A model generated the notes under the pieces. That model made no database searches. It saw only the letters and a list, made by a program, of their open reading frames with translations, and had not been told where the DNA came from. Both the position numbers and the translations under genes were made by a program. A DNA stretch of 63,854 bases, filler included, from Thelocarpon superellum (Eukaryota), in assembly GCA_026025795.1 (NCBI GenBank). It is 10 parts of 10 records of this genome, joined end to end, with 100 filler letters (N's around TTAATTAATTAA, not from the genome) between each part and the next. Parts side by side here need not be neighbours in the genome. Positions count along the whole stretch, not along the records: positions 1 to 6,641 come from JAPEUG010000666.1; positions 6,742 to 13,381 come from JAPEUG010000667.1; 8 more parts are not named here. One strand, given 5' to 3'. This document shows, piece after piece, positions 1-11,482 of the stretch. Positions within the stretch are counted from its first letter, which is position 1; the number at the start of each line of letters is the position of its first letter.

Positions 1-2607
1 GTTCCCTCGCCGTGGGACTTGGCCGCCACGCTCTTGAGCGGGTTAGCTGCCTCGGGCGGAGGACCAGACGTGGGAGAGGAGGAAGAGGAGGGAGGAGGCG
101 GCGACGGGGCACCAGCGCCACCCGTGGGAGCCGCTGGAGGGCCAGACTCGGCAGCGCTCCCGGCACCACCGGCGGGCTGGGGGCATTCTTCGCCGCCTGT
201 GCAGATGAGAGAAGCCGGCGGGGAAGCGGACACGGTCGGAGCAGCAGGCGGTGCGGCGCCGTTTTGGCCGTTGCCAGACCCAGCGTTGGGCGTCGAGCTG
301 CCCTGGGCCGGTCCACCCGTGCGGAACATCGTCACGGTGATGGTGGGCGTCGTGGTCGTCGTGCTCGTGTAGGTCGTCGTTGGTGATGCTCCTTTACTTC
401 CGCCAGATCCACCTCCTCCACTCCCTCCACTGCCGCCGTGGGGGGCACCCGGGGGAGAGCCAGAGCCAGACCCCGATCCCGAATTAGGCGAGCCCGGTGG
501 CGCACTGGGGCCCGGGGAAGAAGACTCTCCGTTCACTTCTCCCGGCGTGGGCGACTGCGCGGGCACGATGAGGGTGACCGTGGTCGGCGTGGACGCACAC
601 ACTTCGCACACCGTCTCAATCTTCGTCCATCCCGGCGGAACCTCGGCGGGCGTTGGCCCAACGTGCGGGTTATACGACGTCGTGTAGGTCCCCGTGGCCG
701 TGGCGAACCCCGTGGGACAGATGTAGACGTAGGATGCTGGGGATGCAAGGTCATTATCATGAGGAAACAAATCATGGTGGACGGGATGCTTACTGGCAAT
801 CACGGTGGTGATGTACGTATGAGCAAATCCCTGCGAAGCCGTCGGCGCAGGCGTGGCAAGAGGGCTGGTGACGACGACGACGGTGGGACTGGGCTTGCAC
901 GCCGTGCAGAGCTTGCTCGTCACCACCCATCCCGACGGCACGGATGGAGCCGAGGCCACCGAGGTGACCGAGGTGGGACAGACGGTGGTGGTGTAGGTGG
1001 TGGTGATGGTCGTGAGGCCCGTGGGACACACGTCCACATAACGCGTCGTGATCACCGTCGTGTAAACGACTCCACCGGATGCCGTCGGCCCGGGCCACGA
1101 CGTCCCGGTGCCATTCAGAGCGTAGGGCGCCTGCACCGGATGCAGACCGGGCCCCACCGGATGCAATTGATTGGACGCGCTAGGGGATGGCCACGATGCT
1201 GAGGCTCCTGCACTGCCGAACAGAATCTGGCCACTCAGTGCTGAGGCGTTGGCCTGTACTGGGAGTAGACCCTGGTGACTGGGGGAGCTGGCCGGAGGGT
1301 CCTTCTGGGCGATGCTAGAATTGCCCGCGGACGGCGGTGGCGGTGCGACACGAGGGAGCTGATTGGACGTGGAGTTGCTGGGACCAGCAACCGGGTGGGC
1401 CATCGCGGACGAGTTGGTCACGTTGGCCGTCGTGTTGAGCGGCTGCACCGGCGCCGGCGGCGGCGGTGGCGGCGGCGGCGTCAGGGCCGAGGCGGGGATG
1501 TTGGGCGGGGTGTGGCCGGTGTTGTTGTTGGCCAGCAGGATGGACTTGGCCCAGTGCAGGTAACTGTCGCCGCGCACGGTGGTCTCGTTGCCCGCGGCGG
1601 CGTCACGGATCATGAAGCCGCCGAAGCGCTCGGCGTACTTGTCCTTGTACGCGGCCACGAGCCCGTTGGCCTCGACGGGGTTGATGTAGTCGCTCGCGTT
1701 GGCGATGACGTACGGGCTGCCGGCCAGGCCCAAGAAGACCTTGTTCACGCTGGACTGGCCGTTGGTGGAGCTGGTGGTGGCCCAGTTGTCAAAGGTCAGC
1801 GTGCCGGTCTGGTCGATGGCGGCGCGGGCGGAGCAGGTGGGGTCGTCGTAGAACTGCGGCCAGACAAAGTCAAAGGAATTGGCGTTGATGGCCGGGCTCA
1901 GCGACGGGTCGGGGTAGGCGCAGTGCGGCGAGGCGGACAAGAAATACGTCTTGCTCATGCCGGTGCTCGAGCCGGTGCCAGCGCCGGTGGCAGTGCCGTA
2001 AAAGGTCAACAGGCTGCTGGCCAGATCACTGTAGTCGACGTTGAGGCCGGGAGCGAGATCGAAGCCGTCGACGCTCACATCGCCAAAGGGCCGCGCGATC
2101 TTGCCGGTGAGATCGGTATTGGGGCCAAAGGAGGCCCACAGCGCCGCGGCCAGGTCGTGGGGGGCGGTGCCGTTCAGCTGCGGCGGCGGCTCCTCGCGGT
2201 ATCCTCCGCCGACCTCGAGCAGGACGATCTTCTGCTGGTCGTGGCAGTGTTTGATATCTTGCGCCATCTGGCTGCAGTTGATGCGATTCTGCGCCACGGT
2301 GCCATCGGGCAGGAAGTAATTGTACGGGGTACAGGCGGTGCTGGTGTTGAGGTTGTGGATGAAGCCGACCAGCACGAAGATGTCGACCGACGGGTTGTTG
2401 CAGTAGTAGCCCAGGTTCTGCTGGTTCGGGTTTTGGCCCTGGATGGTGTCAGTTCGGGTCGGGGAGGACGGCCGCCATGATGGATCGTCCGCCTACCCAG
2501 TACGCGGCCACATTGGCATTGGCCGTGGGGTCAAAGGGAAACGTCTGCGCCCCGCTGCCCGGGACGAGGGACAGGGCGAGGAGGGCGCTGGCCAGGACGA
2601 GCGACAT
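1..2607 (-). CDS. Secreted GH18 class III (Cts1/ChiA-type) chitinase-like protein with long Ser/Thr/Pro-rich tail; catalytic motif degenerate; 3' end truncated
   Basis: ATG 2607 and signal peptide MSLVLASALLALSLVPGSGA. Intron 2439-2496 joins NVAAYW|GQNPNQQNLGYYC. Class III motifs: CSQMAQDIKHCH, RPFGDVSVDGFD, FLSASPHCAYPD, FDFVWPQFYD. Two YVxxCPTG...GW...CxxC repeats; the second is restored by removing intron 737-793. The frame stays open to position 1, which is probably why the ORF track omits it. Confidence 0.9.
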
Positions 2608-4709
2608 GGCGGGCGACAAGGCCGCAGCGCGGCGTGAGGTGGTGCGGGGCAGTAACGACGGTGCAATTGAGCGGATCCAAATGATGGTGAGGCGTGCAAA
2701 GGGAACGAAGGGAAGTGAAGGCCACGCGCAGCGAAGGAGTGGAGCCACACGCCGGACAGGTGTTGGGGACGAGGTGGAGTGAAGACTGTGGAGGTGAGGG
2801 AGCCCGTGGAGGTGTGGAGGTGGCGCTGGCGCGTGAAGGACGCGGTGCTTTCGTTGGATCCGTCATCCGCGGGGCGCCGGCGCGCGAGGCCTCACATGGG
2901 AGGGACAAGAGGATCAACATGGTGCCGTCGGGTGCGAGTCGCGGTACCTGAGCGTGGGAGTGACGTGCCCACGTGTGGGGGCTTTTGGTGGGATCCACCA
3001 CGCCGCCGGGGGTGCTCGTTGGCGATGGCCGTGGAACTTCCGCTTCGGGTCATGGCGGGGCCTCTCTGCCAGGATGCGGCCGACTAGGGACTAGCGGGTC
3101 GTCGTCCATGCCACGCGCTCCCGCGACGTTGGCGCGATCAGATCATCTTTGGGTAGACGGCATTCATCCGGCTGCTGCAGCGTCAACATGACCACCGGGA
3201 GCCCCGGCCGGGACCTGGTGATGGCGCCCAACACCGATGGAGTATCAACAACATCGACCCTGACGACGTCGGAGAGGCTCGCCGTGGGTACCCACATGTA
3301 CGGATGACCACACCCGGTCCGGATCCTGCGCGTCATCCGCCCTGGCCGCGGGTACGTAATCGCAGCGGGTGGACGGTAGTAATCGCGCAGTGGTGGGCGG
3401 CACCACGAGCGGCGTCTGGGCAGCGGATCGGACGCGGTGATGAGATTGAGCGACGAGGCAGGAACGAGAGCAAGGAAGACGGCGCGAGGTACGGGAGTAC
3501 GAGAAGCCTCGTAGCGGACGATGGGTCCATCATCCGCGCAGAATATACCTCAACCGTGCGCGTGGGCCCAGTCGAGGGCGACGAAGGGGCAGGCGTGTGC
3601 ACTTTTCCTTCGCCAGAGGATCTCGGACCCGAGTTTGCATGAATTTCATCTCGCTACGACGGGCACAAGGCCGACGCATAAATGAACGAGCGCCGACAGC
3701 GCCGCCTGCGCCGCACGAGAGGCCCCGACGTGGAAAGGGAAGGCGAATGAGCGAATGGAGGGAAAGTTGGTGGGATGCATGAGGGGTAGATGACTGATGG
3801 CGACCCGCAACGACCCCTTGGCGACTGCGAGCCTCTGACTAACATAAGAGAGGGAGCAAGAGTGCGGTCATGAGGCACGGTGCTGGCCATCCGGGCCAGT
3901 TGCATGATGAAGGGCCATGGGATGTGAGGATGATTGGGCCATGGGTGACATGGACCTGGTCCATGCGCATCCATCGTGCATGCGAACATTCTCTTTGCAA
4001 CCATCCGCCGCTGTGATTGGAGCAGTGGGACGAGGGGCAGAATTTTGGCCATGCGGATGCGGAGAAGGGAATTTTCGAGGAATTGCATCCTCGTTGTGCG
4101 GGAGCTACGAGTACGAGTACGAGCACGAGCAGTCACTCCATCTTCCAGCCGGCGTGTCCTACTCGCACTTGTACGAAGTATTCATCCTCATGCTTGAGTG
4201 CCTCGGAACTACCGAGTACGATAAACGAGTAGCCACTCCGATGGGCCACTCGCCCCTCTGCTTTCACGCGCCACACCCGCCGCGACCACGACCACTCGGT
4301 GCTTCGAGACGAGCGAAGAGTACCCGGTCAGCTACGAGTACGATTACGAGTTCGATTACGAGTACCGCAACAGTCCAGAGTATTCGTGCGGTCCTACACA
4401 AATCTATAGCGGAGGTGTCATCGTGCTGCAACACACCTGGCCGCACTCAAGACCATGAATGCACCATCACCACTTGAAACACCGGGTATCCAACTATTTG
4501 TCCTGCGACATTTGAAACATCGACCGCCTCCATACGAGCCGACCACACGGATATTAGTGACTCGGTATGTTCTTCGTACAAGTACAAGTACTCACGCGTC
4601 TATGTTGTGTAGCATTAATCTATGTCATGGTATGACGACACGATCAAAGGTCAAAGATTCACGGCCCCCCTCGCTCTGGTAAATGCTAGGGCGCACCGGC
4701 TAGAATGTC

Positions 4710-6420
4710 TCAGCCGGCGGCAAAGGGGCTCCGCGCACGGAGGTCCGCGCCAAACTTCCACAAGAGAAAGGGCGCGGGCACGCCCAAAACAATCGCCAGG
4801 AAGCCCAGCAGGCTGTTGCCCCATCCGTACTGCAGCTTCGCGTACAGGTAGGGCGCGAACAGCGGAAAGCCAAAGCCGGCGAGGGACCGCAGAAAGGAGG
4901 CGGCGCCAATCGCCGATGCCGCATAGCGCGTGTAGCTGTCCACCAAGTACGTCTGGATGCACTGGAAGCAGATGATGATGCCCGCCGCGAGCACCGCCGC
5001 CCCGAGGTTGGGCACGATCCAGTGCACCTGCGCCTGCGCCGACCATCCGTACCAGAACAGGCCCGCGGGGACCAGGAACGAGCCTGGCACCATCAGCGGC
5101 ACCCGGAACTCTGGTTGGCCCACCCCGTCGTTGCGCGCGCGCAGGAGCCGGTACAGCCGGTCGTTGATGGGCGCCGTCGTCTGCGTCGCCAGGAAGAAGC
5201 CCACGCCCAGCGAGATGTAGTTGAGCCCGCCGATGCCGACGGACTCGTGGTAGCGCTGCTCCCACAACGTGGGAAAGGTGGAGAGCACGAGGTAGAGCAG
5301 GCCGTAGAGGAAGGCCATGTACACCGCCAGCACCTGCACAATCACCTGCGTGCCCAGCAGCCGAAAGGGCCGGACCAGGCTCCGCTCCAGCACCGACACG
5401 AAACTGCTCCCGTCAAACTCCGTATGCCACGCCGCCTCCCCCGTCTCCCGCCGCCGTCGATCGCGCTTCCGCCGGAGCAGCGTCGGGGCGTAGGTCTCTT
5501 GCAGGAAGAAGACTCCCAGGATCTGCACCACGCCGTCGGCGATCGAGGTCGCCCAGAAGACCCAGCGCCACGTCGTCCGCTCCGAGATGAAGCCGCCCGC
5601 GATCGGCCCCACGGCCGGGCCGAGCAGGGGCGCCAGGCTGTAGATGCTGATCGCCCGTCCACGTTGGTCCGCCAGCCAGCAGTCGCTCAGCACGCCGCCG
5701 CCGATCGCCAAGGGCGCGCTCCCGCCGAGCCCGCTGAGGAAGCGAAAGGCGATCAGCTGCCCGCTGGACTGCGACAGGCCGCACGCGATGTTGAAGACGA
5801 GGTAGAAGAGATTGCTGAGCTGCAGCACCGGCACCCGCCCAAACATCTCCGACATGGGCGCCAGGAACAAGGGGCCCACGGCGTAGGCCAGCACGAAGAT
5901 GGACAGGCTGAGTTGCGACTCGATCTCGCTCGTGATGCCAAGCTCCTGCGAGATGGCCGTGAGCGCCGGCGCCACCATAGACGACGACACGGGCGAGATG
6001 AAGGTGAAGAGCGACACGACGATTGTCGCCGACCATTTCCGGCGAAAGGTCCAGTTCTTCGGGTTGGCCGGGTCGTCTGGACCCTCCCAGCCCACCAGGT
6101 AGGGATCCCGTCGCGATCGACTCGTCTCATGCTTCTCCAAGACCGCCCCGGCTTCGACGTCCGGGCCGCTCGTGCTCTCATGACTCGCAGTGTCGCCGAC
6201 CGGGTGGTCGTTGGCGACCTCCCCCTCGGCCTCGTCCGAGGGGTCGTGGTAGACCGAGGCATCGTCGGCGAAGTGGAGCGATTGGAAGCGGTGCAAGGGC
6301 GAGCCGGATCGTTGGCTGGAGCGCGATTTGGTCGGCGTGAGCGCCCCGGCACCCTCACCCGCCGCCATCGATTGAGTCGGTGTCGCGGGTCTGGGCAAGG
6401 TACGCGCGGGCGTCGTGCAT
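4710..6420 (-). CDS. MFS transporter, drug:H+ antiporter DHA1 family
   Basis: WEGPDDPANPKNWTFRRKW, GPLFLAPMSEMFGR, QETYAP and PEFRVP motifs; about 12 hydrophobic segments. Start is either ATG 6368 (no intron) or ATG 6420 with a 43-nt intron 6316-6358 that joins in frame. Confidence 0.93.
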
Positions 6421-6641
6421 GGACCAGAAAGTCACTCGTGCGTAAGGAAAGGATGATGAAGATGTCAAATCGTCGGTCAAACGGTACGCCCGACGAGAGC
6501 CCCCGACCGTCATGTTGGCTGGCAATGCCGGCGGTGGCGTCGGCGACATGGCTGCTATGTCCGTCGCAATGGCTTCATCGGAAGATCGGCAAGAACCTTG
6601 CAGGCATAGCGCCCGGCGGTGGCGCGCCCAAGGAGGGCGGT

Positions 6642-6741
6642 NNNNNNNNNNNNNNNNNNNNNNNNNNNNNNNNNNNNNNNNNNNNTTAATTAATTAANNN
6701 NNNNNNNNNNNNNNNNNNNNNNNNNNNNNNNNNNNNNNNNN
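6642..6741. other. Artificial contig-joining spacer N44-TTAATTAATTAA-N44; identical spacers at 13382-13481, 20121-20220, 26847-26946, 33572-33671, 40295-40394, 47006-47105, 53665-53764, 60316-60415
   Basis: Nine identical 100-nt spacers with stops in all six frames. Segment lengths fall monotonically (6641, 6640, 6639, 6626, 6625, 6623, 6611, 6559, 6551), and several genes are cut at the spacers. Confidence 0.99.
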
Positions 6742-7606
6742 CGATCCGAGTTCTGTGGGCAAGTCCGGGAGCGAACGGGTGCTATTGACCGGTGCTCCCA
6801 TTGCACAACGCAGCCGAAGCGTGGCGGACAGAGCAAGCGTGTGCGCAAGCCACCGCCAACAAAAGAGTGGAGCACTACTCGCACCGACTTTGTACTTGAT
6901 GTTGCTAGGCGTACAGGATCCAAATACGAGACTCGTCGCTTCTAGCGTCCTTGGTTGGGAGTGGACAGGCTATGCTAGACTTGGGCTGATGCAGTGCACG
7001 AGTGAGACGAGCGAGGGACGCGACCGCTCGAACCAGACGTGCGCCGCCCGCGATGTGAGTAGTGCAAGGCCGGAGTGGTGCTGGCGAGAAGTGTCCCACC
7101 AGGGGGCAACTTGGTTTCAACCCCAATCCCCCATTCATGCCAACGGCGGAGGGGATCCGGGCGCGACAACAACTTAAATCTGCGCACTTCCCTGGCCCCC
7201 TGCGGCCGTACCTCTGCCCATTTCTAACGTGTTGGGAAGGAATCTTCCAAGTTCTGCTGGCTGTCGGACCGAGGCCGGCCAAGCCCCAGCGACTGACTAA
7301 TAGGTCTTTCATTGTTCCCCACCGCTTGCAAACACTCGCCCGCCCACCTCGCACTTCTCACCTCGCGCGTCCCATCTTCGCCACTGTCACGTCGCACACT
7401 CCGTATCCACCTCACCACTGCCCCGCCGGAGACCCTTCAAAATTCAACCATCCGACTTCCAGCGTACGCCTAGCCGCGCTGCTGACATCACGATTGTGCT
7501 CATACGTGCTTGCGCTTTCACCTTGTCCAAAAACAAAACCACTGCACCACTTCCCCATCGCCGCACCAACTCATCGAGGCCGCTTGAAGACCTCGCACCC
7601 TCCACC

Positions 7607-7758
7607 ATGTCGGTCATACCCTTATAGCACGTCGGTCCCCCGGGACGCCACAACATTCAATCCTCCTGATCTCCGAATCGCCTCCTTCAAAGCTCCACCT
7701 ACATTCCCGTGGGGTCAAGAATCACTTCTTGCCTGCCATGTCCGCTGTCACCCTTTAA
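7607..7758 (+). promoter_or_regulatory. Two 6-codon uORFs (MSVIPL* 7607-7627; MSAVTL* 7738-7758) upstream of the 7974 gene
   Basis: CACCATG and GCCATG start contexts within a pyrimidine-rich, leader-like region. The transcription start is unknown. Confidence 0.45.
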
Positions 7759-7973
7759 CCACGTCGGATCGACTGGTGCGATTCAAACATTCGACCATCC
7801 TCTCGACATATCATCGCTTTGGCGCTTGACGATTTCCAGCTCGGAACTTTATCCTGCTCAACCCTTCCACAGATCGCCTTGACTTCAATCTTCTCGTCTT
7901 TGAGCCTTCATTATCTCTACCAGCTTCTCACAGCATTGCTCCCGATTGATCGGTGCGCACTCCGTCCCTTTCA

Positions 7974-10304
7974 ATGGCTCACCATCATCGACGACCCGAC
8001 GCTCGCCCTCATGGCTCGTCCGCTGAGATGCACCTTCCAAACGGACCCTCCCACCTCGACGACGAGGAGCCGGCGGACTGTGACGAACCACCAGAGCGGC
8101 GGCCCAGCCTTACGCGATCTAAATCAGAGGCTCCAAGCGGTTCGGGGGAGTTCAGCAAAAAGACGCCGCCAAAGGTGGACCATAAACAATCGCTCCTAAC
8201 CCAGGCTTTGGGATCGAGTCCGGAGCTGTCAGCCACCGACCCGAGTCAACCGGCTTCCCAGACCATCAACCTGACCCGAGGAATGTCCACGGCATCCAAT
8301 TACAGCAATATCAGCGCTCCATCAACCGCCGACCTCACTAGCGATGGAGGGTTCACCAGTCCAGCAAGATCGAGCACGCCCAGCCCGCCTCTCCCCCCCT
8401 CCGCCTACGCTGTTCCCCACGAGGCAGTTCATAAATCCTTGATTCATACCCAATCGATCATGGCGTCTGGAGGTGACATCACCATCCCTCTAATGCTTCC
8501 GCCGCCGACCGCCAGCACTCCACATGAGTCGGCCGTCGAAGCTGGTCTCGGGCGCAAGCGATGTATCACGTTCGCCTGCGGTCGTAAGGCCCCTCCCACT
8601 TCCGACATCGTCACCGCGCCGAAGAAAGAGGAAGAGAAGCCAGCGAGCGAACAAGCCAAGCGCCCGTGCGCGTTACGATTCGCCTGCCCATTCAAAGACG
8701 CGGCAAATGACGCAATCAAAGACGGCGGAGCCAAGCCGGTGCGACAAGTCAGTCCCGCCCCGACTGGGTTGAAGCATCGACCGACCACCCTTACCACGCG
8801 CCCCCACCGTGACTCTGAATCAACGATTCGGAACGTGTCGCCGGTCGCAACGCGAGACATGCCTGAGTCCTCGCGAAGCCAAGCGGTGGCAGTCGATCCG
8901 GAACCGAAAGTGGTCCGATCACAAGCCACGCGATTCCACGAGTTTGCCAGCTCGCTCGAGGAAGAGGACGAATGGATGAATCAGGCCAGCGTGCATCAAC
9001 AGCGCATCACGGTGGGCGATACTCTACGCAAGGAGAATGCGATCCGACAGCTCGGCGAGGAAGCAGAAGAGGAAGCCCTCCAAGACGAAGAGGAGGAAGA
9101 AGAAGCGCTCGACGAGGACGGCGAGGGCCAAGACGGAGAAGGAGACGTGGATGACGAGGATGAAGAGGAGATCTCGAACGATGGCAACGAGACGGATGAT
9201 GAGGGCGGCTTCGCCGATTCGGATGATGAGAGTGAAACGGGATCCGACTACAATTTCTGGACGCCGGCCCGGTCCATGGCAGCAACGGCAGCGACGTCGA
9301 CGGATCGCTTGGATCCCTCGTACGCTGTCAGCCGACAGACCGCGCCCGGATCATCGATCGAGTCGATCCCTGAGGCGAGCCCCAAGACTGTCGCGGTCAT
9401 GCCAAGTTCCCGCGCGAGTCGCAAGGCTTCCCGCCCAGCCAAGATTCGTCCCGGCACTCCCGAGCTCCCCGACAGCACTGACTTCGTCTGTGGCACGCTG
9501 GATGAAGATCGACCTCTCGAGGTGGCGTATGCCTCGTGCATTGAGGAGCGACGACGGTCGAAGCACATGACCATCCCGCAAGATATCGACCCCAGCTTCC
9601 CGACATCGGACACGGAGAATGACGACGATGACGATGACGACAATGACAACCGCGGCCGCGATCACGAGTCGCACCACTGGAGTGACGAGCACTTCTTCAT
9701 CAGCGGTCATCTGGAAGACCATGTCGATGACGGGGTCCGAGTAGACGGCCGTGGCATGGCGAAGAGGCGATCTCCGTCGCACTCTCCCAAACGCGCCCGC
9801 TCTCCACCCCCTGCCCGGCATGGACAGGCGATGCGGTCGCCGCCGCTGAAGTCAGGTCGGATGCCTGGGGATCGCCGCTCTCCTCCGCCAGGCCTGGCCG
9901 TCAAAACGCCGGTGCCTCTCCGGCCGCTCAATCTCGCGGCACTGGCTCCGCCACTGGAGCTGACGCGCACCAAATCTCTCCCGCGCACGCCGAATCCCTT
10001 TTCCCATCAACACGCGGCCACGCACTTGTCAACGGTGACGTTTCCCCGTCCGGGCCAGGGCCTCTGCAGGGATCTACACAGCCGCGGGGCGATCGACATC
10101 GTCAAGGGCTTGGAGAAGAAGCGGCAGCGGCGCAAGGAGAAGGCGTGGTACAAGCATTGCCAACAACGCGCGGCCAAGGAGAAGGAGCGCAAGCCGCAGC
10201 CGGGTAAGGGGGCGGAGCGCATGCGAGAGCTGGGGCTGGAGATGGCAGGCAAGGGTGGGCTTCACAACGGCGTGAGACGCGCTCAATATGTGCTCTCTAT
10301 CTGA
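7974..10304 (+). CDS. Conserved fungal protein of unknown function, probably DUF2457 family
   Basis: Single long ORF with acidic tracts and conserved-looking blocks RFHEFASS, PELPDSTDFVCGTLDEDRPLE, IPQDIDPSFPTSD, RGAIDIVKGLEKKRQRRKEK and PGKGAERMRELGL. The DUF name is from recall. Confidence 0.8.
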   Translation: MAHHHRRPDARPHGSSAEMHLPNGPSHLDDEEPADCDEPPERRPSLTRSKSEAPSGSGEFSKKTPPKVDHKQSLLTQALGSSPELSATDPSQPASQTINLTRGMSTASNYSNISAPSTADLTSDGGFTSPARSSTPSPPLPPSAYAVPHEAVHKSLIHTQSIMASGGDITIPLMLPPPTASTPHESAVEAGLGRKRCITFACGRKAPPTSDIVTAPKKEEEKPASEQAKRPCALRFACPFKDAANDAIKDGGAKPVRQVSPAPTGLKHRPTTLTTRPHRDSESTIRNVSPVATRDMPESSRSQAVAVDPEPKVVRSQATRFHEFASSLEEEDEWMNQASVHQQRITVGDTLRKENAIRQLGEEAEEEALQDEEEEEEALDEDGEGQDGEGDVDDEDEEEISNDGNETDDEGGFADSDDESETGSDYNFWTPARSMAATAATSTDRLDPSYAVSRQTAPGSSIESIPEASPKTVAVMPSSRASRKASRPAKIRPGTPELPDSTDFVCGTLDEDRPLEVAYASCIEERRRSKHMTIPQDIDPSFPTSDTENDDDDDDDNDNRGRDHESHHWSDEHFFISGHLEDHVDDGVRVDGRGMAKRRSPSHSPKRARSPPPARHGQAMRSPPLKSGRMPGDRRSPPPGLAVKTPVPLRPLNLAALAPPLELTRTKSLPRTPNPFSHQHAATHLSTVTFPRPGQGLCRDLHSRGAIDIVKGLEKKRQRRKEKAWYKHCQQRAAKEKERKPQPGKGAERMRELGLEMAGKGGLHNGVRRAQYVLSI

Positions 10305-11482
10305 TGACCTTGAACGGCCGTCGGGCCATGATTATGACTACTATTTTACACCTTTCTTCTCTTCTTCTCTCGTTCACTCGTGTATATGTTGTTTCTCTGC
10401 CCCTTACCATATCACGTACCTCTCTGCCACCAGATGCAGATTAGCGGACGGGATCTCGTGGTGAAACCCCTTGCATCATTACCGCTGGTCGTACCGCCGG
10501 CGTCACATCTACGCCGGGCCTCAAGCGGCGTTTCTGGACGGAACTGAATGGATTGATAGCATGATATGCGACTGATTGGGGATACGGATGGGCGCCGTGC
10601 ATGGTATATTACTTGAGGTCGTGTATATCTCGAGGTTCCTCCGCCCTGAAATACAAGGATCTCCCGAGGGAGATGTGACAGAGGTCGTATGAAATCAGCT
10701 TGTAGGAAGATATTGCCTGAGCGAACAACGATTATAATAATACCGAGAAAAATGCAACCTTACATATCGATGGCCTGAGATAAGCTGACCAGCTGAGTCA
10801 AGAAGAATGCCTCGTGAAAAGAATCATCGCAAATTCGAATTTCCTCAGCTCTCCACCTACTTCTACGGGGACGATCAGATGGCGGGCGAACCTGTGCGAG
10901 ACCTGGCTTGGATTGGCGGCACGCGGGTTGTGGCAGGCGACGACCGCGATCGGTGACGAGCGATTACGCGAGCGAGGCAGAGAGGGTGCGCGCGACGGCG
11001 AAGTGGCCAAGCTTCCGGAGGAGAACAAGCGAGAGATCCTGGCCACCTTTACATTTTGATCGCTCGGCTCCTTGATTGGTTGTTGACGGTGGCGTGGGTA
11101 GCCAAGTACCATCCCCATACAAAAGTAGAGTACGAGTGTGGAAGGTTGATCGGATCGCTAGCCACATAGTAACGGAGTATCCTGCCTTGGTCCAAGGACA
11201 GCATTTGATTCATACCACGGCACAACTTGCAACGACAACGAGCACCACGATCTCCCCACCATTTCTCTTTGCCAGCGGCCTCATTCTTGTCCTCGCTTCC
11301 ATCACGGTCCCTTTGGATCCCAACGCGTCAGCTTGGTTGCTCCTCGAGTGGCTCAGCAGTTGGTCTGCCTGCACGGTGAAGCTTTGATCGCGCGACCCTC
11401 GGGATCGTCTTGATCAAGCAGTCTATCGATCGAGCACTAGGCACCGGAGCAGACGGCACAGCACAGCACAGCACCTGCCATC

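Noticed and set aside
1275..2480. 401-aa plus-strand ORF
   Set aside because: Antisense shadow of the GC3-rich chitinase-like gene; no independent protein features.
5022..6689. 555-aa plus-strand ORF
   Set aside because: Antisense shadow of the MFS gene, closed only by the linker stop.
7020..7045. GGTTCGA on the minus strand as a tRNA T-loop
   Set aside because: Flanks do not form a T-stem or cloverleaf.
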